Positions 32,730 to 40,268 of a stretch of DNA of 40,268 nucleotides are shown here, in pieces. A program made the position numbers and the translations under genes. The number at the start of each line of letters is the position of its first letter. The first letter of the stretch is position 1. The stretch is from Patescibacteria group bacterium (lineage in GTDB: Bacteria; Patescibacteriota; Gracilibacteria; BD1-5; UBA2023), in the NCBI GenBank assembly GCA_041891375.1, contig JASDUA010000002.1, positions 1-40,268 of the forward strand, written 5' to 3'. Under the pieces are notes generated by a model. That model made no database searches and was not told the DNA's origin. It worked only from the letters and a program-made list of their open reading frames with translations.

Positions 32730-34178
32730 TTAGTCCCTGAGGCAGCGGACCGATAACCCGTGCGCCCGGTTAGTGTATTTGGCGGGAGACACTCCGTTAG
32801 TAGTCGAGAGATTCACGTAGTACCCGTACGTCCCGGTAGTAGACGCGGCCCAGTAGGAGCCGACCGAACCCTGGAGAGTGAATGCGGCGGTCGAGTTGTT
32901 ACGGTAGCCGGCGAGCGGCAGGCGGAGCGTGGTCATGAATTTGTTGGCGACGGCTTCGGCGTGCCAGTTGGCGTCGCATACCATCGCCGCCCCGCCGTTC
33001 TGCGTCGGGGATACCGCGACGATCGCGTCGCACCATTCCTTGGCCGTGGGCACGTGGTATCCGGCCGCGCAGGGTCCCTGCATCGCGGCCGGGGATCCGA
33101 GCGAGGAGTAGGTTCCGGCGGAAACCGTGGAACCGGTGCCTCCCCAGAGGTTGTCGTCTTGGACGGAGAGCCAGTCGTACGGAGCGGTTCCGTTGGTGAT
33201 GAACCGGGTTTCGGAAGCGGCGGTCGCGGTCGCGAGGGGTCCGGCGACCGTGGCTCCGGTCGTCACGTCGAGGTTCCGTCCCCACTGGTAGTACGCGCCC
33301 ATGTAGGCTTTCTGCGCGGCGGTCGGGCCGCCGGCGGCGGTCGCGTCGGCGAGGGTTACGGACTGTCCGGCGTACGCGGTGCTCGCGCCCACGTTGCAGG
33401 CGGCCCACTTCTGGCCGTTGGAGAGGACGACGTCCGGCGTGTCACAGCCGGGGTAGGCGGCGAACCCCGGGGAAGCGGAGCCGTCGACGAGCGCTCACGT
33501 CAGCGCGCCGGGGAACCCGACGAGTCCGGGGATTCCGCCACTTCCGGCCGGGAAATTACCGGAGACGGTGACGAGACCGGTGGCCGGGGCGGTTCCGGCG
33601 ACCTGAAAGAAGGAGGCCGAACGGTTCCTTCCGGAAGCGGTCGGGGCGAGCGCCGCGTCGACGGCTCAGACGGCGACCGATTTCGGATCGTACGCGGCGA
33701 AAGAGTCCGGAAGGAAGGAGCCCAGCGACAGGAACCCGCCCATGGGCGGACGGCGGGAGAGCCGGAATTTCTCCGGATTGAGCTTGAGCTTCGTCCAATC
33801 CGGATTGCCGGCCGAGTAATTCGTGCCGGCCTGGTTCCAATCACCGCCGGTGAGCGTCACCGGGGAGCCGTCGACGTACGCCACGGCCGCTCCCGTGAGC
33901 GCGGCGGCGGCGTCGTGGACGACGTAGTAGCGCGGCGAGTTGTCGGTGACGGCCGACTCGGAAGAAATCGCCGTATATACCGACCGGACGTTGGCTTTCA
34001 CGGCGGCGTCCTTCGCGTCCTGCGAGTAGCCGGAAAGGGCGAGGAAGCCTATCGTTGCCAGAATCGCGAGGATCGTGATGACGACGATGAGTTCGGCAAG
34101 GGTGAATCAGGAAAGGATCGATGCTTTGGCGGCCTTGGCGGGCGGCCTGGAGGCCGGCGCCTCGCGTTTCGCGTCCAT
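32730..34178 (-). CDS. Type IV pilin-like protein with C-terminal Fib_succ_major/C-type-lectin-like domain; DGR target 2 (482 aa, three in-frame TGA)
   Basis: Pieces 34107-34712 (tail), 33666-34001 and 32730-33392 share one frame. TGA at 34107 (G|FTLAE), 33666 and 33495. The N-terminal about 165 codons are identical to target 1; the C-terminal two thirds diverge (AAGYHVPTAKEWCDAI, LPLAGYRN, GSYWAASTTG, LSVRCLRD). TAA stop. Confidence 0.8.
32739..32915 (-). repeat. DGR variable repeat 2 (VR2), at the 3' end of pilin-like target 2
   Basis: Gap-free 177-nt alignment to the TR. Most mismatches fall at TR adenines on the coding strand, but about 5 do not (e.g. ATT>TCT, GCT>GCC, AAC>AAA). Confidence 0.75.
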
Positions 34179-34282
34179 GTTCGGAAAAAAACGGGTTAAA
34201 AATCCGTGGAACATCCTAGCCGGAAATGCGCGGGATGCAAGGCGGACCCCGCAGGCATTCCCCTTTTCACCAGCGGGAACGC

Positions 34283-34777
34283 TTACGCGGCGACCGCCAC
34301 CGGCGCGGCGCATCCGCTCGGAAGCCTTATTGACGAAGGTCCGTCCGTACCGTTCCTCACGGCCGGGAACGTCTTCCGGCCCCTTGAGCCCGCGGCGACG
34401 TCGCCGACCCAGCGGTAGGCGTTGGCCCTTTGGTCGTAGAACGCGCCGTGGGCGGAGTGCCGGAATCAGGAAAACGCCCTGCGGAAAAGGACGCGGTCCT
34501 CGTCGGACCGACCGGAGAACGCCACTGCGGCGGCTTCGAGCTCGGCGGCTGCCGGAAGGCGGAGGCCCGCGGACTGCAGTTCCCGGACCGCGGCGGCATA
34601 GGTGAAAAACTGCTCGGGTGCTCCGTCGGGAAGCAGGACCTGCCAGACGTCCCCTCGGGTGTTCGCGAGGATCGGGCGTCCGAACGCGGAGGATCAGGGA
34701 ACGGCGGTCCATCCGGACGAATCAATCCGGAAAAGGCGGAATCCGGCGAATGCCGGGTCTGGTTTCGTTTCTGGCAC
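34283..34777 (-). CDS. Second copy of the DUF1566-like small protein (two in-frame TGA at 34694, 34466)
   Basis: Offset of 8157 from 26126-26620, inside the identical repeat. Confidence 0.5.
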
Positions 34778-34855
34778 GTGGGGTCGCGCTTGAAGGGGTA
34801 AGGCGTCCTGATGCTATCCGCGGAACCCTTCGGGTCAAGCCTGGCTTGGTACGGG

Positions 34856-36412
34856 CTAATCGAGGGCCAGCCCGATCGCCCCCACCATTTCACCGAACGA
34901 CTCCGGAAATTTCCGCGTTACGGCGCCGGCCAGCGTCTTCAGGAAATCGTCGCGCTCGAGGCCGAGCTCCTTCCCCGCCGCGTACACCTCTTTGTGCTTG
35001 CCCGCCTTCGCTCCCGTATCGAGGGCTTCGGCGACCGTATCGGGATCGGAACCCACTAATGCGGCGAGGTCGTTGGCGATTTCCTTTCCTTTCCGCATGA
35101 GCCACGCTTCGGGCCATACGTCGCCCGGAAGGTAGGCCATCCGCGCTTTCATCCAGTCGTCGAAATCCTCTTCCGGATTCTCGGCCATCTTGCGGGCGTG
35201 GCCGACGTTGTCGCCCTCCTTCTTCCTTTGGTCGCCGTCGAAAACCGCCAGAACCGGATGGTCCCCGTCCCGCAGGTACGTCGCGGCGAGCTGTCTGGCG
35301 AGGCAGTTCGCCGAGCCGATTTCGGTTACGGTGATCCGCGTCCGCTGTTGGGCCGACAGCGCGGCGCAGACGAGCGCTTTGGCCACGTCGTCCTCGACCA
35401 GGACCTCGAGCTCCTTGCCGGCGACCCCTCCGAGTTTCGAAAAGGCGAACTCCGATGAGACCGAATCGAGGATCCTCGTCCGACCGTTGACGGTCTCTAC
35501 GAAGTACCTGGCGTCGCTCGGGAGGCGCTCGAAGATCTCTTTCGAGTGCGTCGTGCAAATCACTTGGGCATTGAGCTTCAAGCACGCGTCCTTGAGCTTG
35601 TCGACGAACCGCCGCTGGGCTTCGGCATGGAGCCCGAGCTCGATCTCGTCGATGACCAGCAAGGCTCCCTTTCCGCAGTCGTACAGGACGGAAAAGATCT
35701 CGAAGAGGGCGTTCTCCCCCGCTCCCATGTTGAAGCCGGAATACACTGTCTCGCCCACCTTCACGATGGGAAGGTTGTACTTCGAATATTCGAGGTACCG
35801 GAAACTGTCGTACGTCTTTCCGAGGATGGATCCGACGATGTCCTTAACCTCGTCTTCCCATCCTTTCTGCACCGCGTCCTTGAACGCTTTTGAGTACGAC
35901 CGCGACTGGCTCCGCTCGGCGTGCGGGACGATCCGGTCGATTCCGAGGAACGCTACGTTCCGCCGTACCCGGTCCGCGTAGTCGTTCCATTTGCCGCCCC
36001 GCTTCTTCGATCGCTTCTGCCAGCCGACGCCCACGCCGTCCGGGAGGGTGTCGCTCTTCTTCCACTTGTCGTAGGCGATCCCGTACTTGATTTCGATTCC
36101 TTGCGGGGACAGTTCCTCCGGATGCTGGACGAAAAAATCCGAGAACGTGTAGTACGTCGTCTTCCGCTTGGGCAAGCGGTATCCGTCCCTCCTGTTGTGG
36201 TAGGCGCAGCATGCGAGGGCGAGAATGGTGGATTTTCCCGCGCCGTTCTTGCCGGCTACGGCGACGATCGGGAAGTTGACCGGGAGGTCGAGCCGCGTCA
36301 GGCCACGAAGTTCGCCGGTAACGAGGTTGATGTTCCGAAGGAGCGCTTTGGTGTTGTCGTTGCAGAACCACTCGCGAAGCTTCTTATCGGTCTTTGTCTC
36401 GCTGTATTTCAT
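34856..36412 (-). CDS. Second copy of the OLD-like ABC ATPase-Toprim protein
   Basis: The 518-aa translation is identical to 26699-28255. Confidence 0.7.
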   Translation of the reverse strand: MKYSETKTDKKLREWFCNDNTKALLRNINLVTGELRGLTRLDLPVNFPIVAVAGKNGAGKSTILALACCAYHNRRDGYRLPKRKTTYYTFSDFFVQHPEELSPQGIEIKYGIAYDKWKKSDTLPDGVGVGWQKRSKKRGGKWNDYADRVRRNVAFLGIDRIVPHAERSQSRSYSKAFKDAVQKGWEDEVKDIVGSILGKTYDSFRYLEYSKYNLPIVKVGETVYSGFNMGAGENALFEIFSVLYDCGKGALLVIDEIELGLHAEAQRRFVDKLKDACLKLNAQVICTTHSKEIFERLPSDARYFVETVNGRTRILDSVSSEFAFSKLGGVAGKELEVLVEDDVAKALVCAALSAQQRTRITVTEIGSANCLARQLAATYLRDGDHPVLAVFDGDQRKKEGDNVGHARKMAENPEEDFDDWMKARMAYLPGDVWPEAWLMRKGKEIANDLAALVGSDPDTVAEALDTGAKAGKHKEVYAAGKELGLERDDFLKTLAGAVTRKFPESFGEMVGAIGLALD

Positions 36413-36619
36413 ACGCTTGAGCGGTTACGTCCGGAATATTCGTTTGATCTTACCAGGGTTGGGAAAACCGCCTGGACGACTCGGCTCTCGTGGGGAGGAA
36501 ACGTCGCAGTTCGCCAAATGGTAAGCACGGAACCGACCCCGTCAAGTTTGGCCGTTTCCGAATCCGCAATCGTCCCGAGAACGTACCTTTTCGATACGTT
36601 CCTCATACGTTCACCGGTT

Positions 36620-38281
36620 TTATTCCGTACCTTTACCGGGTATCCACTCCGCGCGCTCCGGCCACTCGACGCCGAACCGGTCGCAGGCCTTCGCGAACGC
36701 CGCGAGCACGTCCTCGGCGTGCGCGGCGAACCGAGCGGTTTCGACGACCATGCCCGCCCGCTTCGCGGCGCGGCCCGAGGCGCGGACTTCGGATTCGAAG
36801 GCGTAAGGGAACGCCTCCGCGAGGGCGGCGGCGGACCGCTCCGCCGCTTTCAGGAGTCCGGCGGGCGGCTTCCGGTTCCTCGTGGCCATGACCTGGACGA
36901 GCTCCGGGACGCCCCCTTCCCCGGGCGCCAGTTCGAAGTGCCCGGCCAGTTCTCCGGACGGATGGAACGCCGCGAACACCGCCCGTCTTCCGGCCAGGAG
37001 CTCCGGCAGGTACCCGGCCAGGCAGTTCGAAGCCTCGTCGGCCTCGGCGATGAGCCGGCCAGCGGTGCCTATCCGCCTGGCCTCCCACCCTCCCCCGCAG
37101 CCGAGGGCGTCGGGGAACGGCGACGGGATCGGGTCTTCGGGAGGCCAGACTTCCCTCACGGCCTCCCGGACGGCCGCGGTTTCCTTGCGCGCCCAAGCGC
37201 GGCCCGCGGCCGGAAGGTCGGCCGGGTGGTGCCGGCAGAGGGCCCAGAGGACCGCCCACGTTCCCGCGCCGAGACGGACCGTTTCCCCGTGGAACGTCCC
37301 GGCGAACGTCCTTCCCCCGACGGCGGGGTGCTTCCCCACCTGCTCGGCGAGGTCGGAAAGCCAGGCCGTCCCGTGCCGGTCCGGAAGCTCGTACGGGCGG
37401 CGGCGGAGCGCCTGCCATACGGCCGCCGAGGCTTCCGCGAGCGCCACGCGCCCTTCATGGTCGCCGGCGTCGCGAAGGATGCCGGCCGCCCAGCGTGCCG
37501 CCTTCAGGAAGCGGCCGAAGTCGGGGGCGCGGGGCCTCCGTTCCGGCGGTACGAGCGAGAACGCCGCGGCGTAGAACGCGGGGTCGGTCTCGAAGTCCGC
37601 CACGGGATACCCACGGGCGCGCGGATGCCAGGCGCCGACGGCCGCGAGCGACCGGACGACGTTGGGCTCCGCCCGGAGCTCCCTGCAGAGCGCGGGCAAG
37701 AGTTCCGCCCGCGCGTCGATCGCGGCGAGCACGCGTTCCGCCGGTTCCGGAGTGCCGGCCGCCAGGCCGGCGCACGTCCAAGGCAGGAGCCAAGGGAAGA
37801 CGGTGACGGCCTGGACCCTCTCCGGGCGCCCGGAGAGCAGGGCGTACTCCCTCCCGGTCAGCGGGCGCCCGACCGGGAGCTTCAGGAGGTCCCGATCCAG
37901 GGCGCCGAGGAACTCTTCGACGGCTCCCGCGACGCGGGCTGCGGCCGGGTCGGTCCCGTCCGGACCGCAGGCGGCATAGGCGATCCGCAGGGGCTCGAGG
38001 ATCGGGTCGAAACCCGAGTAGGGTCCGGCGGCGGCCGCCTCCCTGACCGAGGCGCCGAGGCTCCCGGCGCCGGGTTTCGGACGGTGGCGCCCGTACGACA
38101 CGGTTTCGTCGGCGGCATGGAAGAGGAAGGAGGACTCCGCGGCCCCGGGCCCGCTCCATTCGACCGTAAGCAGCCGGCCTGGAATCCCGACGGCCCGGAG
38201 GACGTCCGCGCCCTCGAGGCTGCGGACCAGGCCGGAAACCTTCCCCGAACGGACGGCGAGGTACTTGCGGCCCGCGTTCAC
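36620..38281 (-). CDS. Second copy of the 553-aa possible PcfJ-like protein
   Basis: Translation identical to copy 1 (offset 8157). Confidence 0.55.
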   Translation of the reverse strand: MNAGRKYLAVRSGKVSGLVRSLEGADVLRAVGIPGRLLTVEWSGPGAAESSFLFHAADETVSYGRHRPKPGAGSLGASVREAAAAGPYSGFDPILEPLRIAYAACGPDGTDPAAARVAGAVEEFLGALDRDLLKLPVGRPLTGREYALLSGRPERVQAVTVFPWLLPWTCAGLAAGTPEPAERVLAAIDARAELLPALCRELRAEPNVVRSLAAVGAWHPRARGYPVADFETDPAFYAAAFSLVPPERRPRAPDFGRFLKAARWAAGILRDAGDHEGRVALAEASAAVWQALRRRPYELPDRHGTAWLSDLAEQVGKHPAVGGRTFAGTFHGETVRLGAGTWAVLWALCRHHPADLPAAGRAWARKETAAVREAVREVWPPEDPIPSPFPDALGCGGGWEARRIGTAGRLIAEADEASNCLAGYLPELLAGRRAVFAAFHPSGELAGHFELAPGEGGVPELVQVMATRNRKPPAGLLKAAERSAAALAEAFPYAFESEVRASGRAAKRAGMVVETARFAAHAEDVLAAFAKACDRFGVEWPERAEWIPGKGTE

Positions 38282-38523
38282 GGCGCGTCCCTCCCGTCCC
38301 GGTTGATCGTCGCCCGAACCTTCCCGTCCTTGCCCCGGACGAACTCGGAGCCGGGGGGAAGCCGGAACAGGAACGCGCGCAGGAGTTCGCCGACGTTGGC
38401 CGCCACGTCCGCCAGGAGCACGACGCGGCCTCCACGGCGGTTCCTCCATACGGGCGCCCGCGTCCCCTTCCGGCACCATCCGACCGGGACGAGACCGATC
38501 GCGACCAGCAGGATCCTGAACAT
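38278..38523 (-). CDS. Second copy of the 81-aa TM protein (TGA/GTG overlap)
   Basis: Identical to copy 1 (offset 8157). Confidence 0.55.
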   Translation of the reverse strand: MFRILLVAIGLVPVGWCRKGTRAPVWRNRRGGRVVLLADVAANVGELLRAFLFRLPPGSEFVRGKDGKVRATINRDGRDAP

Positions 38524-38531
38524 GGCGGCCC

Positions 38532-39188
38532 CTACCGGATCCGGACCGGGTAGCGGCCGTACTGGACGACGGCGGCCCCGGGAGCGGACGAAAAGTAGCG
38601 GGTCCAAAAGGCCTCGACCGCCGCGTAGTCCTTCCCGCCCGCGCCGGCGACGTACACCTTCGCGCCGGCGAGCGCCGCGGGGGCCGCGAGGTCCTTCTTC
38701 CGTCCCGACGCCAGGTCGAAGCGGCCGGTCTCGAGCATGTCCGAAAGGACCACGAGCGTCTTCCCCGAGTCCGGGGACTGGGAGAACGCCTGCGACGACG
38801 CTTCGACGGCGTCGACGATCCTGGTCGCCTTGTCCGGCGACTTCTCCGCGCGCCCGAGGATCCCGCCGAGGGCGGCCAGGGCGCCCTCTTCGAACTCCTT
38901 CCTCCGCTTCCCGTCTGCGAAGCGCCGGCCGGTCGGCGCGGGAGCTTCGGCGTCGAAGTCGCGGACCCACGAGGCCCGCTCCTTCCCTCCGAGCGCGGCC
39001 ACCACCAGGCGGTCCCCCGGACGCACGGCCCGGACGACGCCCTCCACGCTTTCCCGGTACGCGGCCCGTTCTTCCGCGCCCACGCTCGACGACGCGTCGA
39101 CGAGCACCACGTACGTGCCGGCCCACGCCGGCGAGGCCAGCGCGAGGCACGCGGCGGCCGCGCAGGCGGCCATTTCCATTGCATCCAT
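38532..39188 (-). CDS. Second copy of the secreted vWA-like protein
   Basis: The 218-aa translation is identical to 30375-31031. Confidence 0.7.
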   Translation of the reverse strand: MDAMEMAACAAAACLALASPAWAGTYVVLVDASSSVGAEERAAYRESVEGVVRAVRPGDRLVVAALGGKERASWVRDFDAEAPAPTGRRFADGKRRKEFEEGALAALGGILGRAEKSPDKATRIVDAVEASSQAFSQSPDSGKTLVVLSDMLETGRFDLASGRKKDLAAPAALAGAKVYVAGAGGKDYAAVEAFWTRYFSSAPGAAVVQYGRYPVRIR

Positions 39189-39242
39189 TTCCTTCGGCTC
39201 CTATCCGATTACCGTCTTTTCACAATTCGCTATCCGTACGTT

Positions 39243-40268
39243 TCACGTACGTTTTCCGTCCGCATTCCAATCCCTCCCGATCTCCCCGACGGCCCTCCGG
39301 ATATCGCCGGCAGGAGGGTCCGGCGGCGGATCGAGCGGCAGGGGTTCGAAGGCTTCCTCCCCCACCGCGGAGAGCATGTAGTCCGGCGGCAGGCAGCCGG
39401 GCGGGCGGTTGGCGAAGTTGTGGTCCCGGTAGGCGGCGACCATCCCGAGGACGCGGTGGACCGTTGCCGAAGCTTCGTCCCGCGCTTTCGCCCAGGCTTC
39501 CGCCCGACGGGAAGCCAACGCGGCGCGCTTCTTCCAGAGCCGCTCCCGCTCGTCCCGGAGCCGGTCGCACCGCGCGGCGAGCCTCGAGGCCTCGGGATCG
39601 GGATCGGCATTCCATGCGGCGAAAGCCGCCGCCGCCAGGTAGCCGAAGCACTGGACGGCGAGGAACGCCGCCGAATGCCCCACGAGCTCCCCCGCCCCGT
39701 CGGCCGCGAGCTGCACTTCCCGAATGGAGGCGAACCCCCAGGCGAAAGCCGCGACCCCGACGTTCGCGAAGGCGACGGCCCAGCCCGGCAAGCCGCCGGG
39801 ACGGCCGGCTCCCCTCTGCCTGGCCCAAGTGCCGGTCGCCTTCGCGACGGCGAAGAGCGACGCCGCGAGGAAAAACGAGTACCAGAGCTTCTCGTTCAGC
39901 AGGAACCGGACGGCCGAGGCGGCGAAGTCGCCGAATCCCCCCTCCCCCGCCGGTTCCGTCGGGACCGGGCCGGCCATCCCGAAGTAGTCGAGCAACCCGT
40001 ACGCGAGGGCCCATTCGCCGCAGACCGCGACCGCTGCGAACGCCGCGAAGGCCCATCCCGGCAACGGCTTGCGGTACCGGCGTCCGCCGCATTCCCGCAG
40101 GAACTCGGCCTCCGTCCGCACGAGTTCGTCCGAGGTTTCGCGGAGGGACAGGTCGAGCCGGTTAATCTCGGCCCGGTCCCGCTTGGCCTCCGCGTTCGCC
40201 TTCGAGGCGAGTTCGAAGCGCTCCCGGTTGCCCGGGGCGACGAGCCGGGCGGCGAAGGGCTCGCGGAC
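39243..40268 (-). CDS. Second copy of the coiled-coil membrane protein; 5' end runs off the window
   Basis: Identical to 31086-32111. The frame is open to the window edge (the expected start would be near 40322). Confidence 0.65.
   Translation of the reverse strand, partial: VREPFAARLVAPGNRERFELASKANAEAKRDRAEINRLDLSLRETSDELVRTEAEFLRECGGRRYRKPLPGWAFAAFAAVAVCGEWALAYGLLDYFGMAGPVPTEPAGEGGFGDFAASAVRFLLNEKLWYSFFLAASLFAVAKATGTWARQRGAGRPGGLPGWAVAFANVGVAAFAWGFASIREVQLAADGAGELVGHSAAFLAVQCFGYLAAAAFAAWNADPDPEASRLAARCDRLRDERERLWKKRAALASRRAEAWAKARDEASATVHRVLGMVAAYRDHNFANRPPGCLPPDYMLSAVGEEAFEPLPLDPPPDPPAGDIRRAVGEIGRDWNADGKRT

Larger units (their letters stand above)
33687..40268. repeat. Copy 2 of the long direct repeat, truncated by the window end
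   Basis: See copy 1. The repeat reaches the last base of the window, so its true extent and copy number are unknown. Confidence 0.85.

Noticed and set aside
25530-40268. The long repeat as a circular-contig end overlap or as a CRISPR-like array.
   Set aside because: The period is 8157 bp with gene content, so it is not a short repeat/spacer array. The left ends of the two copies diverge within the pilin gene and have different flanks (avd versus a 618-bp spacer), so it is not a simple terminal overlap. An assembly artefact from strain variants cannot be excluded and is listed under findings.

Overview
This is a visibly GC-rich 40.3-kb accessory/defence region (GC not computed). Many of its genes only make sense if UGA is read as Gly, as in translation table 25. 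The supplied standard-code ORF track splits those genes at TGA, and it also shows many long Arg/Pro-rich antisense shadow ORFs.

Left third: a 5'-truncated Gabija-like pair (OLD nuclease + UvrD helicase), then a minus-strand operon of SNF2 helicase, type III Mod, type III Res and a small recoded TM protein. Next comes an SRAP-ArdC-RadC module with Shine-Dalgarno (SD) leaders on ardC and radC and TGA stops on all three genes.

Middle: short recoded genes (a zinc-ribbon protein, a secreted PD40-like beta-propeller with 7 in-frame TGA, a DUF1566-like lectin-fold protein), a tyrosine recombinase broken by an in-frame TAG, and an RloC/AAA_13-like ATPase.

Right half: a complete diversity-generating retroelement (DGR: target-avd-TR-RT). 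Its two variable repeats lie at the C-termini of two type IV pilin-like proteins that carry a Fib_succ_major/C-type-lectin-like domain. The second target sits in the second copy of a direct repeat with period 8157 bp. Each repeat copy also carries an OLD-like ATPase-Toprim gene and an SD-led operon (68-aa protein, coiled-coil membrane protein, secreted vWA protein, 81-aa TM protein, possible PcfJ-like protein).

The main oddity is that genes needing TGA=Gly, genes needing TGA=stop, and large defence genes that avoid TGA entirely all sit on one contig. I recognised no rRNA, tRNA or CRISPR array by eye. Start codons of small genes and all domain names come from motif reading and memory, not from searches.
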